A DNA stretch of 63,773 nt, filler included, from Licmophora abbreviata (Eukaryota): the NCBI GenBank assembly GCA_900291995.1. It is 16 parts of 16 records of this genome, joined end to end, with 100 filler letters (N's around TTAATTAATTAA, not from the genome) between each part and the next. Parts side by side here need not be neighbours in the genome. Positions count along the whole stretch, not along the records: positions 56,653 to 63,773 come from OLMU01005660.1; 15 more parts are not named here. One strand, given 5' to 3'. Under the pieces are notes generated by a model that worked only from the letters and a program-made list of their open reading frames with translations, ran no database searches and was not told where the DNA came from. Positions 62,261-63,773 of this stretch are shown piece by piece. Both the position numbers and the translations under genes were made by a program. How positions within the stretch are numbered: position 1 is the stretch's first letter; the number at the start of each line of letters is the position of its first letter.

Positions 62261-63724
62261 CTAGATACCTGCCGGAATATTCATCGGATCGCGCTTGATC
62301 TGTTTGGGCGCCGTCAACTCTTTCCAGCGGCTGAGCGCCTGGTGCGCCGACGGGAACGCGGGACGCGGTACGAAGCGGCCACGCCCGGGCTGTGGCTGGC
62401 TGTTCTGACCCCACGCCCAGATCACCTCGCCGCGGCTGATCGTGTATCGGGCCTGCGCGCTGACCTCGAACCCCTCGAAGACGTTGTAATCCAGGATCGA
62501 ATGATGGTTGGCGGCGCTGATCGTCTTGCTGATTTTCGGATCCCACACCACGATATCGGCATCGGCGCCTTCCACCAGCGCGCCCTTCTTGGGATAGATG
62601 TTGAGGATCTTCGCCACATTGCTCGAGGTAGCGGCGACGAACTCGTTGGGTGTCAGCCGCCCGGTCTCGACCCCATGGGTCCACAGAACGGCCATCCTTT
62701 CTTCCACCCCATTCGAGCCATTGGGGATCTTGGTGAAATCGCCCACCCCCATGCGCTTTTGCGCGCTCGAGAAGGCGGCGTGATCGGTCGCAACGACCTG
62801 CAGGCTGCCGGCCTGAAGCCCCGCCCACAGCCCGTCCTGGTGCTCTTTCGAACGGAAAGGCGGGCTCATCACGCGGCGTGCGGCATGGTCCCAGTCGGTG
62901 TTGAAATACGCGCTTTCGTCCAGTGTCAGGAACTGGATCAGCGGTTCTCCATAGACGCGCATGCCCTTCTGGCGCGCGCGCCGGATCGCCTCATGTGCCT
63001 GCTCGCAGCTGACATGCACGATATAGAGCGGCACTCCAGCGGCATCGGCGATCATGATCGCGCGGTTCGCGGCCTCGCCTTCCACCTCGGGGGGGCGCGA
63101 ATAGGCATGGCCCTCGGGCCCCGTAATCCCACGCTCCAGCATCTGCTGCTGCAGATCGGCCACGATATCGCCGTTCTCGGCATGGACCATCGGTAGTGCG
63201 CCCAGCTCCTTGCAGCGCTTGAACGAGGCGAACATCTCGTCATCCTCGATCATCAAGGCTCCCTTGTAGGCCATGAAATGCTTGAACGAGTTGACCCCCA
63301 TATCGACCGCATCCTTCATCTCGTCGAAGATCTGCTCGTTCCAGCCGGTGATCGCCATGTGATACCCGATATCGCTGCAGATCTGCGGCGCCGATTTGCG
63401 GTGCCATTCGGTGATTGCATTCTTGATCGAGCCATCCGCTCCCGGCAGGCAGAAATCCACCAGCATCGTCGTGCCCCCGCAGGCCGCAGCCCAAGTGCCG
63501 GTCTCGAAGGTCTCGGCCGCCGTGGTTCCCATGAAGGGCATTTCCAGATGGGTATGCGGATCGATGCCGCCGGGGATCACATAGGCGCCCTCTGCATCGA
63601 TATACTCATCCCCCTTGAGATCCTCACCGATCCTCGAGATCGTCTCGCCCTCGATCAGCACATCCGCCTTCCAGGTGCGATCCGCTGTGCAAACGGTGCC
63701 GTTCTTGATGACCTTGGTTGTCAT
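62261..63724 (-). CDS. hydA: Dihydropyrimidinase
   Basis: PGGIDPHTH, SFKHFMAYK, VHAENG, ATDH, IPNG..GVEER. Confidence 0.95.
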   Translation of the reverse strand: MTTKVIKNGTVCTADRTWKADVLIEGETISRIGEDLKGDEYIDAEGAYVIPGGIDPHTHLEMPFMGTTAAETFETGTWAAACGGTTMLVDFCLPGADGSIKNAITEWHRKSAPQICSDIGYHMAITGWNEQIFDEMKDAVDMGVNSFKHFMAYKGALMIEDDEMFASFKRCKELGALPMVHAENGDIVADLQQQMLERGITGPEGHAYSRPPEVEGEAANRAIMIADAAGVPLYIVHVSCEQAHEAIRRARQKGMRVYGEPLIQFLTLDESAYFNTDWDHAARRVMSPPFRSKEHQDGLWAGLQAGSLQVVATDHAAFSSAQKRMGVGDFTKIPNGSNGVEERMAVLWTHGVETGRLTPNEFVAATSSNVAKILNIYPKKGALVEGADADIVVWDPKISKTISAANHHSILDYNVFEGFEVSAQARYTISRGEVIWAWGQNSQPQPGRGRFVPRPAFPSAHQALSRWKELTAPKQIKRDPMNIPAGI

Positions 63725-63738
63725 GTCCTGTCTCCCTG

Positions 63739-63773
63739 TTTCTTCTGGCCCGAAATATCCCGGGGGAGGCGGT
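63739..63773 (+). repeat. REP-like unit (runs off window)
   Basis: TTTCTTCTGGCCCGAAATATCCCGGGGG. Confidence 0.8.

Overview
Draft-assembly chromosomal segment of a marine-type Rhodobacteraceae/Roseobacter-group alphaproteobacterium (inferred from gene order). It is interrupted by 15 artificial 100-bp N-TTAATTAATTAA-N linkers, and most genes continue across them. From 1 to ~20.4 kb is a surface-polysaccharide locus: GT61, GT2s, FdtA/FdtB/FdtC-like 3-amino-sugar enzymes, OafA-type acyltransferase, RgpF, MsbA-like ABC and a HAD phosphatase. It contains a visibly AT-richer ~9-kb cassette (GtrB-like GT2, PglD-like acetyltransferase, GtrA flippase, two GT-C-like membrane proteins, WecE, two methyltransferases). 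Core genes follow: rpsU, COQ9, quinone oxidoreductase, RNase T2, DUF1013/trcR, recR-ybaB-dnaX, SRP RNA ffs, cpdB, nudC, pheA, membrane cytochrome c, yejABEF, hemN/fnrL, ccoNOQP and ccoGHIS with four FNR boxes, a DD-carboxypeptidase, and a pyrimidine ABC transporter plus dihydropyrimidinase. Best leads: (1) the lipid-carrier amino-sugar glycosylation cassette; (2) two co-localised intergenic repeat families (REP-like and a 116-bp TIR-bounded CIR/MITE-like element); (3) an MddA/ICMT-like methyltransferase in the ffs-dnaX interval; (4) a second cytochrome c domain after cycM; (5) a probably leaderless FNR-driven hemN; (6) an unannotated 51-aa gene plus LysR inserted in the cco cluster. I saw no CRISPR array, prophage, intact transposase or defence system, and nothing here is demonstrably a wholly new system.
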